Assembly: GCF_001194135.2 (NCBI RefSeq)
Contig: NC_068986.1
Location: 22,458,562-22,522,561 of the forward strand
DNA length: 64,000 nt
Reading direction: 5' to 3'
DNA from: Octopus bimaculoides
Taxonomy: Eukaryota
Both the position numbers and the translations under genes were made by a program. Within the stretch, counting starts at the first letter, position 1. Each line of letters begins with the position of its first letter. Below the pieces are notes generated by a model. It did not search any database. It worked only from the letters and a program-made list of their open reading frames with translations, and was not told the DNA's origin. Below, piece after piece: positions 37,087-51,202 of this stretch.

Positions 37087-40000
37087 TTGATCACTAATGA
37101 ACCCCTTATTTCGTTTTTCATTTCGTCTTTTCTCTCCAGAAGTTTTATTCCATTGTAATATTTTAAACTATTATGCTGTGTCGATCAGAGCTTGCCTTTG
37201 CTCTAATTCTTCATTGACCAATAGGTTTAATCTTTTCTTTTTTAACACTATCTTCTGGAATTTACAAAATTTGACCTAGTAAAATTGAAGGAGGTTATCT
37301 CTTGTACACTCTATCACACTATGAAACATATCAGGCTTTTTTTTTATCTAGAGATTTATCATGATCACCACTCTTTTGCCTATAGTTTTTGTCACAGTCT
37401 GTTTTGCTTGCTTTTTGTGGCTCTTCTTTAGTCTACTACATAGAAATTATCAGTTTAGTATTACCTGGTTAGGAAAGATAATTTTTCAAAGGTAAAATAT
37501 AAATGAGGTAGATGAGCACTATTAACTGAATTTATACAGCTAATCTGGAGGATAGACCGAATTCAAATGAGTTTACTACTTGTTATTTTCAAAGGAGATT
37601 TAAGTGATATAGCAATATGGTGATTATCTTTTTTAAAATGTTTTATTTATTTATTTATTTAATCTGTTTGTCTTCCATGCTAATATTGTTTGGGTGTTTC
37701 TGTAAATATGTATATTTGCATAAGAGGTGTTAGCGCAAGTGTTTTTACTACTGGATGCTTTCTTTTTAAAGGTAACTATGTTATGGGAGTATTATCTATA
37801 TTTTCGATGAGGTTGACTTTAGACAAGCAATGTATGTTACCTCAGAGCTGGTTGATTATTATGTGTTATGTAATTCAGTAGATGATTGAAATCAACTGTT
37901 ACATTACAGAAGGTACTTGATCAGAAGGTCAGAAACCTGTTTGTTAGCTCTAGCTAAAGGGAGTAGAGGAAACTAAATGAACAACTGTATGTTGAATGCA
38001 AGTACTGTTTTACAGGTTTGCCCTAGCTGTGGAAATAGGGATTTAAAAAAACAAAACAAAAAAACATGTGAAGTGTTTATGAGATTTAAGTATTGATGAT
38101 TCTAAATATGGACAAAAGTAATCAAAGACTGAATGTTACTTTTAGAACTAGGTGAAATAAATTCCTTATCAAATGAGTTGCTAAATGTGAATTTATCCAA
38201 TCTCACAAACTATTTATACATCTCAATAAGGCAGTGCTTATTGGATCATCTGGTAAAGGTTTCCAATTGAAAGCTTGATTAGGTCAATAACTGCAAATAA
38301 CAACTTCTTGTAATGCTTTATTTTTATTCTTCCTTCTCTAATTTATAATACTGCTGCTCTTAGAATTCTCATTGTTATTTATAATTTCGTTGTTTCACAT
38401 TTGTTAGCAGATGTTCTATTTAGAAGAAAATTCTTTAGGGAGGAAATTTGTGATTTGGTTTCAATTCTGGTTTGAAATGTTTTCTTTCAGCTATACAAAT
38501 ACTCATGGGAAAGGCATGAATGTTGAAGAATTGCACATTTCTTTATCGTTTAGGCTTTGTTGCCATTTAGGAAAACATCGAATTTTTTTCAATTCTTTGA
38601 TTCCCTTGTATTAGTCATTTTGTATTTTAATTTTATTTCCTTATTTTAAAAAAAAAAGTCTTCAGTCATATATGGAAGAGCCCTAGCACCACAACAGCCT
38701 AGAGTAAAACTGTGTATGCGTGTGAATTATATACTCACTCACATATTATTCATGCATGTATATTTTGCTTATTTTTTAAACTAGAAATTTACTGTTACGC
38801 ACTTTTAACAAGTTTGTTTTATATTTATGTAAATTAAAAAAACATTCAGATGATGGGTTATATACCTATGTTGAATTATTAATAGTATTGTTGCTAGTTG
38901 CCAATAAATTCTCCTGTAGGAAAGATTTAGAACAATGTCCATTGTTGAAGAAACAGATTTAACTACTTAGTTGTTGATATAAATGGATGAGGATGTAAAG
39001 TTTACAGAATAAATAAAATCTCCAAATGAATTTATTTATATTTTTTTTCCAAAAGAAAGGGCATTGATACTTTGCCTAAAAATTTGTATTTCTTAGAGGG
39101 AAGAAAGATGTAAAAACATGAAAATTCATAGATCAAACTGGTTATACAGCATAAAACAATAGTAAAACTTACATTTTTGAAAGCTGATGAAATTTTGAAA
39201 CAGATATGTTATCCAGAATTATAATAGTTTTTAGCAGTCAGCAAAGAAATGCAGTAACTTCAGCTGTCTTCTGCAGTCTGTTGGTTTTCTTTCCTTTTTT
39301 TTTTTCTGGTCTAATGCTGGTGCAAACTGAATAGTACAGATTTTCTGCAATCTCAACAGATTTCAGCTGGATGTCAATTTAGGATTTGTTTACTGTTCAT
39401 ATCTGGATTTCTGACACTTTTTTTAAAGATTTTTTTCCCCTCAGTTGACGTAACGAGGTTGAATGTTTGTAATTATTTTATTGACAGAAAGAGATAGCTA
39501 AATCTAAAATGATTATTTTAAGGAGTTGACAATGAAACAGACCCCCCCCCCAAAAAAAAAAAACATGTAAACAAACTGTTGAGAGTGCTGAATTAATAAT
39601 ACTAAAACTATAAATTCATAGCTTAAAGTATGAAAGGTAAATTAATTAAATGAATTATTAATTATATGATGTCGCAATTGTTATTAAATCTCAGTGTAAT
39701 CTTAGTATTGGGTGGCAACTTAATTGGTAGTATATCACATTCCATAGGACTGGAAAATTAACTAGTCGTTAATTTAGAAAGTTATGCCGGAAATGACTCT
39801 TGTAGATTAAATGACTTACTTTTAAAACCTGCCAAAGATTTTTAGTGAATAGAATGTGTTTATTAGTTCTAGGTATCTATTACTGAGTTAGGCTTTTATA
39901 GTGAGAGAGTGTTTTTTTTTTTTTTCATTTTGTGCATTTGCAAAAATATTTTTGAATGCACTTGTAAGGTTCTTGTAAGGAAGGAGGATGTTTCTAAGAA

Positions 40001-41496
40001 GGATATCATTTAAATGCTGATGTTTTAGTACTAAGAGTGTCTTCCCATTCTAACCTCACCTTTTCTGTAAAATACTTTTTGAATAGTGTCTCTCTGCTTA
40101 GTATCAGATTTGGCATGTTTTTGTGTTGATGTTCAGTGTGGGATTGAACACCACAGTCTTTTAGGACATACATTAATTATATTTCAGCTCTTGGTACTTT
40201 ATTGACAGGCTTGTATACTTTTAGGTGGCTTGAAAAATACTGTAATGATTGGTCAACAGTAGACATTGTTGGAAATTTTATTGATTATCAGACTTTAAAT
40301 TGACAAAATGCTAATCCTACAGTTTCTATTGATAAAAAAAGTGGTTGAGCTATCAATCAGAGAAATACAAAATTGTTTAAAGCTTCAGTGTTATGGCCAA
40401 CTTTTAACTCTGTAACTTAGTGGATTTAGACCTAACTTCTAAAAAAGTTGAAATGTTTTATGATCTGAAATATGTGTGAAATTCTGTTAAACCATTTTAT
40501 TTATCCTAGAGATAATTCAATTTTAAGTTTCTGTTGAAATCAGTAGGTATATTTGTAACAAAAAGAAAGGTAACATGACCAAATAAATAAATAAGATGGT
40601 GGACTGCTCACTCTTAAATTTTACATCTGTATCTTGCAGAGAGAACTTTATGATCTTTAAAGCCAAATGTCTAAGCTGGAGAATAAGTAACTAGCTTTCT
40701 GTGAAAAATCTCTTTTAATACAGGAAACTTTACATTCACTTTGCTCTGCAGAATCTGCATGTTAGCACTGTAATTTGAATCATGGAAGAAAAAAAAATTT
40801 TTTTTTATAGTCATGGTTAATATCTTTGATTCTTCCAGACAAAGCATAATCAATTTGAGTTCAAAAACTTAAAATATATTAGCTTGTCTGTCTTTTGAAA
40901 TGAAGTTGTGTATCTTTGAAATATTTTCTTTAGACTGTACAATTTTCTTATGGAATGAACCAATAATTTTCACATTAAAAAAAAAAAAATTATATTTTAT
41001 TTTTATTGCCACCCTTTTTTTTTTTCAAGTTCTCTCATATCAGAGTATTGAAAATATAATTCCAAATTATGCATTACTTAGTTTTGGTGTAATTAATTAA
41101 GATTTTAAATAAAAATAAAATCCACAAAAATTTAAAATGAGAATAATAATTATGGCAGCATATAATGTTATATAATAAAAAATATAATATTATAGCCCAA
41201 CTTTTGTGATTACTTTGTTGTTAGCTTTTGAAATAATTTTTGTGATTTACATTTAGTTAATAATACTCATAGATTGTATGTTTTGAATTTTTAAGTAGTA
41301 TTTGCTTAAAATAATTATGGACTTTTCCTTGAGATAGTGTGCTGCTTCTGTAAAATCTTTGGTGTTTTATTATTGAATAACTTTAAAGAAATTTGTTGAA
41401 AATCGTGCTCAAAATTGAAATAGTATCTGAATGAGTTTTATTTTTTCTATAGTGAAATAACTTCATACTGATGTGACAACTCATTTATTAATGCTT

Positions 41497-41563
<67 letters not shown>

Positions 41564-41957
41564 TGTTTAATATACAGCTATACATTATTATTATGCATAT
41601 TATTTATACATATTTTTACTCATTATACATGTGTCTGCAAGATGGTTGTTTTATTACTTGATTGAGGAGTCAGATAGTTTTGGTTGCTATATTCATGTCT
41701 AAGTAGACCTGTTTAGGATGAGTATTGCTCACCTCACATTAGAAGAAGTGGGTAAGAATGGTTTACACCCATTTATAATTTAACACAAGAACAAAAAAAG
41801 AAATGCTTTTGACTATTAGAACTCAGAATGTAAGGGCTTTACGGGATCTTAAAACTTGTGAGAGATCTGAATAATGAACAACTCTTGTTGAATGTGAACT
41901 CCAAGATGATAAATTGGCAGAGTCATTAGAGTCACACAAAATACTGTATGGCATTTG

Positions 41958-42173
41958 TTTACCCTTTAGCATTTAAACTGGCCAAAATATTCTACCTGTT
42001 TTGTGTTCAAATTGGCCAAATCCAGCTTCTACACTACCCCACAATGTCATACCAGAAGTAAACAATCACATCATTGAAGTCTTAAAGCTAAAAGATAGTA
42101 CATGATTAATTCAAAATGATGTCATTAAATAAGCATTACATTTGACAGAGTGATCTAAATGCTAAAGGGTTAA
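41958..42173. mobile_element. TTAA-type (piggyBac-like) MITE family A nested in a SINE (SINE about 41900-42270)
   Basis: Perfect 15-bp inverted repeat ACCCTTTAGCATTTA (41961-41975) / TAAATGCTAAAGGGT (42156-42170), with TTTA/TTAA flanks. The SINE head lies on the left and the SINE core CAACCTTGCCTTTCATCCTTTT on the right. Confidence 0.75.
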
Positions 42174-44914
42174 GCTTTCGTGCTCCAACTTAAAAATCCC
42201 ATCATGGTCAACCTTGCCTTTCATCCTTTTGAAGTGGATAAATAAATACCATTCCAATACTGGGGTTGATTCTTCTTTCTCTGTCTCTCTCTTTCTGTAT
42301 GGAAGAAATTGACTATGGTCAGTGGACTCTACTTTGTTTAAATTCTCGAGGCATACTGTGTGTTATGAGGCATGCCTACAGTGCCATTAGGAGTTGAGGT
42401 CTGGGAAGGATTTCACCACAGACACTGCATTACTAAGGGAAAACAGAATAGCTGATGAGGGTAACCTAACTGAGAATAATGGAAGTTACTCTTTCTTTTA
42501 AAAAGGATGACCAGCTGGTAAACCATGTATACATGGTGTTGGTTTCACTATAAGAACAATTTTGGTTCAGAAATTCAGTATTTTTTATCAATCTCTGTAT
42601 TTGAACATCTTATCCATCTTTGAATTATTTTAAATAATCAGTTCCTCATTTTCATTAGTGCTTATGGATGATTAAAAAAAAAAAAAAAAGATGTTCTCAA
42701 TGAATTGCAATGTGTAATCCTTTAAGTCTATTAATCCTGATGATAAAATCCTTCTTAGAAAATTTTATGTGAAACCACAAAATATAGCCAGAAATCACTG
42801 GAAGACATGGGTGTGTAGATGCAACACTGATGAACTGTTTACTTCTAGAACTTTGTTCAGAGTTTGAATTTGTTATAATTAATACTATTTTTTGCCAAAA
42901 TAGCAAGCAATAAACTTCATGGATGCATACCCATTCAAAGTGTTGGCTTCTAATTGATTTTATCACCACATAAAGATGAGTTATATCTGATATGTGGTTT
43001 GTTAGATCAATACAAGCTGCTGGTGGCTGTTGAGTTGAACACAGAATATGCTAGCAAAATTAGAAATGAATATTAAAATAAAATGAATTCTTAAATTCCA
43101 GCATAATGTTGGGAAGAAGAAATTAAAAGTTAAATATTAAGATTCCAATGTTAGCTGCAATTTTCACACTGCCTCCAGGAAAAGTCTTTGTTCTCTCCAA
43201 GTTTATGGAATCTCAGTTGAAGAGTGGTACATTCTTACTTCAGTAGTACTTGATATACTTAAAGAAAACCTTAGCCCATTTTTTTCAATAACAACTTTAT
43301 TAGTTTGTTGATTGAAATAGCCATACATTAAAAGCTCAAATTGATGAAAAACTGAAAGCTAAACTTGATAAAGAATAATCTATTTAGCAGAAAAGCTTAT
43401 ATTTCATATATAGTTTATACTTTGTGTTCAACAGCTGTTCCTTGAAGATAAACACCACCAAATGTATAATTACATTAATTGTGAAACAATTAATTAAATT
43501 AAATTAAGTCAAATTAATTTTAAAACAGTGTTTACTCAAATTATCAGGAATGTTACATTAAGCAGAAAACTGTTACTGGACCAGTATTGCAATTATGTAA
43601 TTATATATTTTATGGTGTTTAACTTCATGAAACGGCTGTTGAACATAAAATCTGAACTATATGTGAAATTTTTGCTTTTTTTGCTAAATGTGTTGGTCTT
43701 AAAAGATTGTTTTAACCAATTATGTATACACATGCAATCCAGTCTCACTTGGATTTACTACAATGTAATAACCTGTTGGAATTTAAATCAACTCTTAGAT
43801 GAGGAGATACTGTATTTTTTTGTATTATATGTGCTTAACAGGACAATCATTTCTCCTGCTCACGTTAGCTGATACAGTGTGTTTTCTCAATTTACTTAAA
43901 CGTACAGTAGATTATGTTAAGACTCATTTCTCTCTACAGATATTCTATAGTCTATATATCACACTAACATGCAGCATCATTATTCTTACACATGCTTCAT
44001 TTACTCTGCCTTTTGAAAAGAGAGAGAGAGAGAGGTGGGAGAAGAGGGCAAGTATATGTTCATCACCAAGTGATTAAACTTTATTGTAGTTCAAATCTTC
44101 ATCAGCATCAGTGTAGTTGATGACATAATCTCTTATGCTTTGGCTACTCAGTTTATGTTTCAGACCAAATAACATAGGGTAAAAGAAAGACAGGATTGTT
44201 AGGTTGTTTATTACCATGGATTTACTGATTATATATATCTGAGACAAAAATTAACATGGCCTTGGCAGGAAACGTTTTTATCAGAAGATAAATATATTTT
44301 CATACACATAATTAATGTAAATTTATAAAATTATAAATCTTAGAAGCTATGGAACCTTTCATATAAACTGTGGGAAAGGAGAAAACTAGCATTATTAGTA
44401 AATCCCAATTTAGAGTAGCTCAAATACTATCTGATGCGTCCACTGTGCTAGTGTAACACACAGTGGAAGTTGCTTATTATGATAATTTTAGGATGGAGCC
44501 TTTTGGATAACAATAAACGAGTGATAACATAGCAGATGATGTAACAGTATCATGTGCATGTTTGGGACCTACTAATTTTGATAATAAAAACCATTTGATA
44601 ATATTGTTTGTGATTGAATTATGTGGCTTTCACTATTCTATCTGAAAAGATATATGATGATCTCAAATTTCTGTTGCTAGTTGAAATTCAAATTGTTATC
44701 TTTGTTCTGGAGTTGATATTTTATCAAGAAAAATGAGGGTATAGGTTTGTCGTCTATTTTATATTGTAATATTGCATAACTGCTATAGTGAAAATTCTTA
44801 CAGCACATGTGATTAAATGATGTTCACTTTGATTATTTATGTTTTGTAACTGTTTCCTAATTGAGTACTTGATATGGTTTTCTAAGACTTGTATTTTTTT
44901 TTTCCTGTCTCTAG

Positions 44915-45032
44915 GATGAATGTTTGTGCTGCCACTGCTCAGTGTCGTATTCATCATCACCAAAGCCTGACGAAGGACCGCACTTCTGCAGTAGCTGCCA
45001 ACCTCATACATCGCTACCACACAAAGAAAAAG
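44915..45032 (+). CDS. ZCCHC14: ZCCHC14/ZCCHC2-family protein, coding exon 2 (118 nt; DECLCCHCSVSYSSSPKPDEGPHFCSSCQPHTSLPHKEK+G)
   Basis: Acceptor TTTTTTTTTTCCTGTCTCTAG and donor AAAAG|GTGAGT. It is a GC/CpG-richer island in AT-rich intron and is stop-free. The length of 3n+1 exactly bridges phase-0 exon 1 and phase-1 exon 3. Confidence 0.8.
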
Positions 45033-46619
45033 GTGAGTTTCTACGCTCTTTTTCATTTATTTTAGTGAAATCACAGAATTTACAAATGATACATTAACTG
45101 TATACAGTAACTCAATGAGTAAAATAATACAATGAGATATTTTCAGTTGAAAAAAATGAAATTATATAAGAAAATTTTGTTCATACAATATTCTAATCAA
45201 TACAATATTCTGTACCACTACAGAATTTCAGAACACATTCTCTCTGAAAGTTCCATTTTTATTCTTCATATCTGGTATTGAATTTCTTACTCTAGACATA
45301 TCCACATAAATCTAACAATAAGAGAAACATTCATTGTTTTTTTTTGTAAATACCTGTCTTTGAAACTGTCTTGTCATAAGTTTCTGCATTCTAAGTCCCA
45401 GTGGATAATTTGTCAAGAAATTAATGCTTTTGCATCTAGAATGGTAGTGCACAATCACTTGGTGGCAAATATATTCTTGGATAAATAAATCTTTCTCTTC
45501 ATGGTTGCAAAAAGCAACTGTAAAAAAAAATGTTTTTGAATCTTTTAATATAACTTATTACAATAGCTATCAGCTGTATCAAAATGTTGGAGGAGTACAA
45601 TGGGCACACCAATCTTCTAGTTTATTGAACCATTCTGCTCAAATAAATTTTTAAAAATTCAGTTGGATAAAGATGTGCTTCATTACTATTGAGAACTGTG
45701 TCACTGCTTAATTATTCTTTGATTTCTCTTGGAACTCTATTATAATGGCATTAACTCCAGTTTGTTGGACAAAGAATTGTATACTCTCAGAATCAGTCCA
45801 TATGTTTACATTTTTGCTGGAAGTCTTGCAAAAGCTTTCAGAGTTGTCCAGGAAACACAAGATTATCTTGATTTATTATATTTGATTGACTTTGCCAGTA
45901 TGGCTCTTTTCCTTCACCAATTCTAAGCAGAAATTCTGCCGAGTTTTCTCCAGTGTCATCTGTTGCTATTTGAATGCACATATTTCTGGTGGGTTGCTTG
46001 ATTTAAAATTCTTCAGAAAACAGAGAGTTTGTGAAACATTAATGACTTCCACATGAGACAACTAGGAGAGTTTGGCACCATTCACCAGTAGATCGCAATG
46101 AACTGTTAATTTCATGTCTGTCATGGATACTGTGGTCCTTTGTTACTTCATATCATCATCATCATCGTTTAACATCTGCCTTCCATGCTGGTATGTTGAC
46201 TATTTGGCTAACTGGCTGACAAGTTATATATCCTGGTGACATCTTTAATTTAAGTACCTAGTTATATTTCAAACTCAGTGAGTTTGTAGAATGTAGGATC
46301 TACCACTATGTTTTTTAGATCTGTGTCTGTAAGCTGGATATGAGTCTTCAGTCATAACAGTTTGGTTAAAAAATTGTATTGGAAATCCTTTCTGATAATT
46401 ACAATTTCTTCCTTCACTGAATCTGCATGAATTGTTCAGATTCTTATGTCCACAGAACCTATGGATTAAGTTCATTTTTACTCCAGTGAATAACAGGGTA
46501 TTCTCTTTTTTTGTTTTTGTTTGAAATCTAAGCACAAACAAACAGATCAATATCAGCTGAATCTCTAGGTTTATCTTCTGCTAGATAAAAAGAATAAAAG
46601 CATTTAGCAGTATTTTTTT

Positions 46620-47950
46620 TTTTAGTCTTCTTTCATACGTGTGTTAGCAATTACCTTTCCTAGGTTTTTCTCTCAAGGCAAATCATGAAGATGTTGCTTC
46701 ACCTTTTTATGAAACTCTATTACTGTAATATGTTATCAATTTCTTGGCTATTTACTGTGAAAAAATGATCATCTCTTTCTAATTTGGATTTATTGTAAAA
46801 GTAATGAAGAGGTGGCTTTCCATTGTATTTGATGATGCTCATGCACAATCTCGAACACTTTGGGGATCCATATACAATCACTGTTAGTATGCTTTTATTT
46901 TCTGATGATCCTTTTGTTCCTATCCATTACTTTAAACATTCATTGTGTATCCATCAGTACCAAAAGGAAACATGATGGTGTAGTTGTAAAGACTATCATA
47001 ACGTTGATGTATCTCATATATTGCAAGGTACTTCTGTGTTCATAGATTACATCAAGGCTTTTTCTTGTCACATTGAGCTGCAAAACTTCCACTTCGTTTG
47101 TAGTGGTCGTGTTATATTGCCTTTTATACCCACTCCCATTTAGCTTATCTCTTGCTTTTAATACTAGTTTAATCTCTTCTGTGGTGAACTCAATAAATTT
47201 GAAATCTCTGATGTATGGATCAACATAATGTAAACAATGTTGCAATTTAACTGTCACATCAGAGTTCAAAGTGGAATTGTTTCTCAGTCTGCTTACTTTA
47301 TTGTAGTTTGTCTCCTAAATCAAAATCTGAGCAAACTCTCATCATTTGTTTTCAGATGGAATAAGTGGCCCAATTCTGTAAATAAACCTTTCACTAAATT
47401 TTATTCTTGGACTATATTTTGGTATTGCTGATTTCTGATGACCTAGAGAAGACTTGGCATAGTTGAACTTGGGATTTTGTCAAGAAAGGGCTTGACAGTA
47501 GATTTAGTTTAATATTACTTTTAGTGCTGCAGTGGTTTGATATTTCATCTTCAAATTTTAGTCTATTTCAAAAACTGCACTTGTTCCCATTATTTTCATT
47601 GGAAAAAAAAAAAAGAAAAAAAAACATCTTGTGTAGTCACATATTGTCTTGTGGCAATACTAACTCTTGGTAAAAATCACATTGCAAAGCAATAACATTT
47701 TTTTCTTCTTTCAACGCATCTTGAAGTGAGTTTGAGTGTTGGAATTTCTGTTAGTTTTCGGGAGAGCCCTTCTTTCTTCTTTAATTCCACTTAATCAGGT
47801 TTTAATTATAAGGCTTCTGTCATCTGCCAGATGGGTGTTTCCTTTTGCTTTATTTTCTTTCAATTAAGCTTCAGTCATGCAATTTCTTTTAGCTGCTTGG
47901 TGGGTGTCTCCTTATTCTTCACCTTCACCACTGTGATTTCTTGGCATCAC
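46620..47950 (-). mobile_element. Helitron Rep/helicase relic (pseudogenised)
   Basis: Minus-strand fragments DPYIRDFK, RQYNTTTTNEVEVL and, after a frameshift, YEIHQRYDSL..IMFPFGTDGY, plus GSPK..KYNGKPPL. These correspond to the Helitron Rep motifs NPYV..F, YN.P..NEVA, E.H..YD.LQYP..F..G.DG and GSPR..YGKPDL. Confidence 0.8.
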
Positions 47951-50702
47951 AATAATTTTAATTCTTTCAAAAAATGTTCTGGATGATTAGGTCACAGCCA
48001 CACAAACAAACTTTTCTTAATTCATATTGTGCTGTAAAATAATCTACATTTACAAAAATGAAACTTATGAAATATTTTAAAAAGTGAAAAGATTGTAGAA
48101 AATTTTTACTAGATTTTTAGTGGCGATGATTTTTTTTTTTTTACATATATATTTAGTTTTAAAACAAAAAAGTCAACAATTNNNNNNNNNNNNNNNNNNN
48201 NNNNNNNNNNNNNNNNNNNNNNNNNNNNNNNNNNNNNNNNNNNNNNNNNNNNNNNNNNNNNNNNNNNNNNNNNNNNNNNNNNNNNNNNNNNNNNNNNNNN
48301 NNNNNNNNNNNNNNNNNNNNNNNNNNNNNNNNNNNNNNNNNNNNNNNNNNNNNNNNNNNNNNNNNNNNNNNNNNNNNNNNNNNNNNNNNNNNNNNNNNNN
48401 NNNNNNNNNNNNNNNNNNNNNNNNNNNNNNNNNNNNNNNNNNNNNNNNNNNNNNNNNNNNNNNNNNNNNNNNNNNNNNNNNNNNNNNNNNNNNNNNNNNN
48501 NNNNNNNNNNNNNNNNNNNNNNNNNNNNNNNNNNNNNNNNNNNNNNNNNNNNNNNNNNNNNNNNNNNNNNNNNNNNNNNNNNNNNNNNNNNNNNNNNNNN
48601 NNNNNNNNNNNNNNNNNNNNNNNNNNNNNNNNNNNNNNNNNNNNNNNNNNNNNNNNNNNNNNNNNNNNNNNNNNNNNNNNNNNNNNNNNNNNNNNNNNNN
48701 NNNNNNNNNNNNNNNNNNNNNNNNNNNNNNNNNNNNNNNNNNNNNNNNNNNNNNNNNNNNNNNNNNNNNNNNNNNNNNNNNNNNNNNNNNNNNNNNNNNN
48801 NNNNNNNNNNNNNNNNNNNNNNNNNNNNNNNNNNNNNNNNNNNNNNNNNNNNNNNNNNNNNNNNNNNNNNNNNNNNNNNNNNNNNNNNNNNNNNNNNNNN
48901 NNNNNNNNNNNNNNNNNNNNNNNNNNNNNNNNNNNNNNNNNNNNNNNNNNNNNNNNNNNNNNATAAGGATGAACTTTTATCGATTTGGCTACTTGCATGA
49001 GACATCCCTTTATATTAAAAAAGCGGACTTGTTTATTGATCGAATATTTTTGTTGTACAGTCAGCTTAACGTTGCCATTTAACATTCTAGAAACAAGTAA
49101 ATTTTTGTTGGGTATAATAATAATTACTTCTGTTAATTCTTTTAGAATATTGTTTGTGTTGACAGACGACTTGAGAATTACCATCCAGCTTTTTATGTAT
49201 TTCATTTGTTTTCTTCTTGCTTCTGCTGTTAGTTTTGAAAATAAGTCTGAACAAATTGAATTTTTCAGAGAAATTTATTGGCCTGTTGGGTCCTTGGTAA
49301 TTAAGAAAAGCTTGTATGTAACAATTAACAAGTTTCCTTCATCCATTTAAATCTGTAACCGTGTTTACGTAAGGACTCATTTTAACACTTATTAGTTGGT
49401 ATATGCTGAATCCTGAGTGTGAGTTTATGAGATTCAAAATGGCAAAATTATAAGGAAATAAATAAAACAAAATCTAAATAAAATCGTTAAGAAATAGCAA
49501 TTGACTTGTAGAGTTAATTGCTAACTCCCTAGAAGCAATTTTCTCTTGAGACTTGATCTATCCATTGTAAAAAAGAATTTGTTCATACAAACAAGTCATA
49601 TAACTGGACAAGTTAGTTCTATTAAAGTTTGATTGTAGGAAATTACTTTAGAGGATTTAAAAATAGAACCAGTGTCTGTCTAAATGCTGGGAAAATTATT
49701 TTAATTAGTTGTACAAGATAAAAACTTGTTCAGAAAATGCTTTTGAATTTTTTTCTTGGGTATAATTTTTTTTGTTTTTTTTCTGTTGATGGGAGGGTCT
49801 TTCATTGTGATTTCATTCCAACTACTGAAAATTTTCAGTATTGTCTGCCATTTGAAAAACAAAAGAAAAGTTCCCCAGCATGACCACAGCTCATGAGCTG
49901 AAACTAGATAAAATGAAATGAAAATGAAAATAATAATATTTTTTTTTTTGTAATACATTTTAAGAGATAGTTGTCACGTGCTAGTTTGCTCAGTGAGTTT
50001 TAATCACTTAGTGTGTTGAGTAAAATAATGAAGAGTAAATACAAGTAAACTAAATATTGGTATGGTCTAAAATAAAAGATCTGAAGTGGAATAAGCCATC
50101 AACATCTTAAGAGTTTACTGTTTATTTCCATACTCTTTTGCTTGAGAACTAACTCCAAACATAACTACCTTAGGAAGAACTGCCATGTGGTATATAAATT
50201 CATGATTTACACTTCAATAGAGCTATTAAGCAAGAAACTTGTTTTCCTCTATGGAATTCACACAAGTTTTTAGAGTTAAAAATAAATATCCTTTTGAGTG
50301 TGAGTGAGTATATTTCCTATGTGCTTACCTCCTTGTTTGATGAATTTATTTCTAAGTATCTAAATGTGTCAAAATGTTGTACTCATGTTGTTTATCAGAT
50401 ATAATAAAATTTTTCATGAGTGTATTATGTAGTTCTTGAGTCATTGCTTTTAAGCAGAACAGGGATAGTTCTACCAGGAATGACACCATTTCCAGATCAT
50501 TCTTACTGGATGACTGGATATTTAGAGAATTAAGTATCAAGTTCAGAAACATAAAAAAAGAAAAGCTTTAGTGTAAACAGTTCAGACACATGCGCACACA
50601 CACACTGATTATTATTGAAACTAATTGTGCTTCTGTTACACTTGAGAGTAGTATGTGGACATCAGCCAATCTGAATGCAAGAGAACAGAAAAGTTGTAGA
50701 TT

Positions 50703-51117
50703 ATTGTGTGCTGCAAGCTTACTTCTCAGCCACATCATTTTGGGTTCAGTCCCATTGTATGGCACCTTGGGCAAGTGTCTTCTATTTATAACATGAGGCT
50801 GATCAAAAGCCTTGTGAGTGGATTTGGTAGATGGAAACTGAAGGAAGCTCATCTTATATATGTGTATGTGTGTGAGAGAGGGGAAAGTCTTGTCTTGACA
50901 CTAGTGTGTGTGAGAGAGGGGAAAGTCTTGTCTTGACACTAGTGTGTGTGTGTTACTGTCCTTAATTTCTAATCTTCTGTGAAAACATGCCTGGCTGTGG
51001 GGAAATATTAACTTACTTGGAAACAGAAAGGGCATCTGGCTGTAGAAAATCTATGTCAACCAAATCCCTCTGACTCATGCAGGTGTGGAAAAGTGGATGT
51101 TAAAACAATGATGATGA
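50703..51117 (+). mobile_element. SINE with internal microsatellite and RTE-type tail
   Basis: GGGTTCAGTCCCA..GGCACCTTGGGCAAGTGTCTTCTA..GTGAGTGGATTTGGTAGATGGAAACTGAA, with the tail GGAAAAGTGGATGTTAAAACAATGATGATG. Confidence 0.8.
50866..50941. repeat. 38-bp tandem duplication inside the SINE
   Basis: GTGTGTGAGAGAGGGGAAAGTCTTGTCTTGACACTA occurs twice in tandem. Confidence 0.9.
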
Positions 51118-51202
51118 CAGATGAGAAAAACTAACTTCAAAGTGAACTGTTGCCTCATGTTCTGACAGGATATTTGAAACAGGACAGTGACAAATATGAA
51201 AG

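Larger units (their letters stand above)
9351..44914 (+). other. Intron 1 (about 35.6 kb, GT-AG, phase 0)
   Basis: Defined by the exon 1 donor and exon 2 acceptor. Additional or alternative exons inside it cannot be excluded. Confidence 0.7.

Noticed and set aside
48109-49205. Long track ORFs spanning N runs (also 14661-15092, 20085-20564, 31327-31814, 32566-33117, 63174-63780)
   Set aside because: Artefacts of assembly gaps and (TA)n/(GT)n microsatellites.
50866-50941. 38-bp direct repeat as a CRISPR-like array
   Set aside because: Only two abutting copies without a spacer, inside a SINE in eukaryotic DNA.
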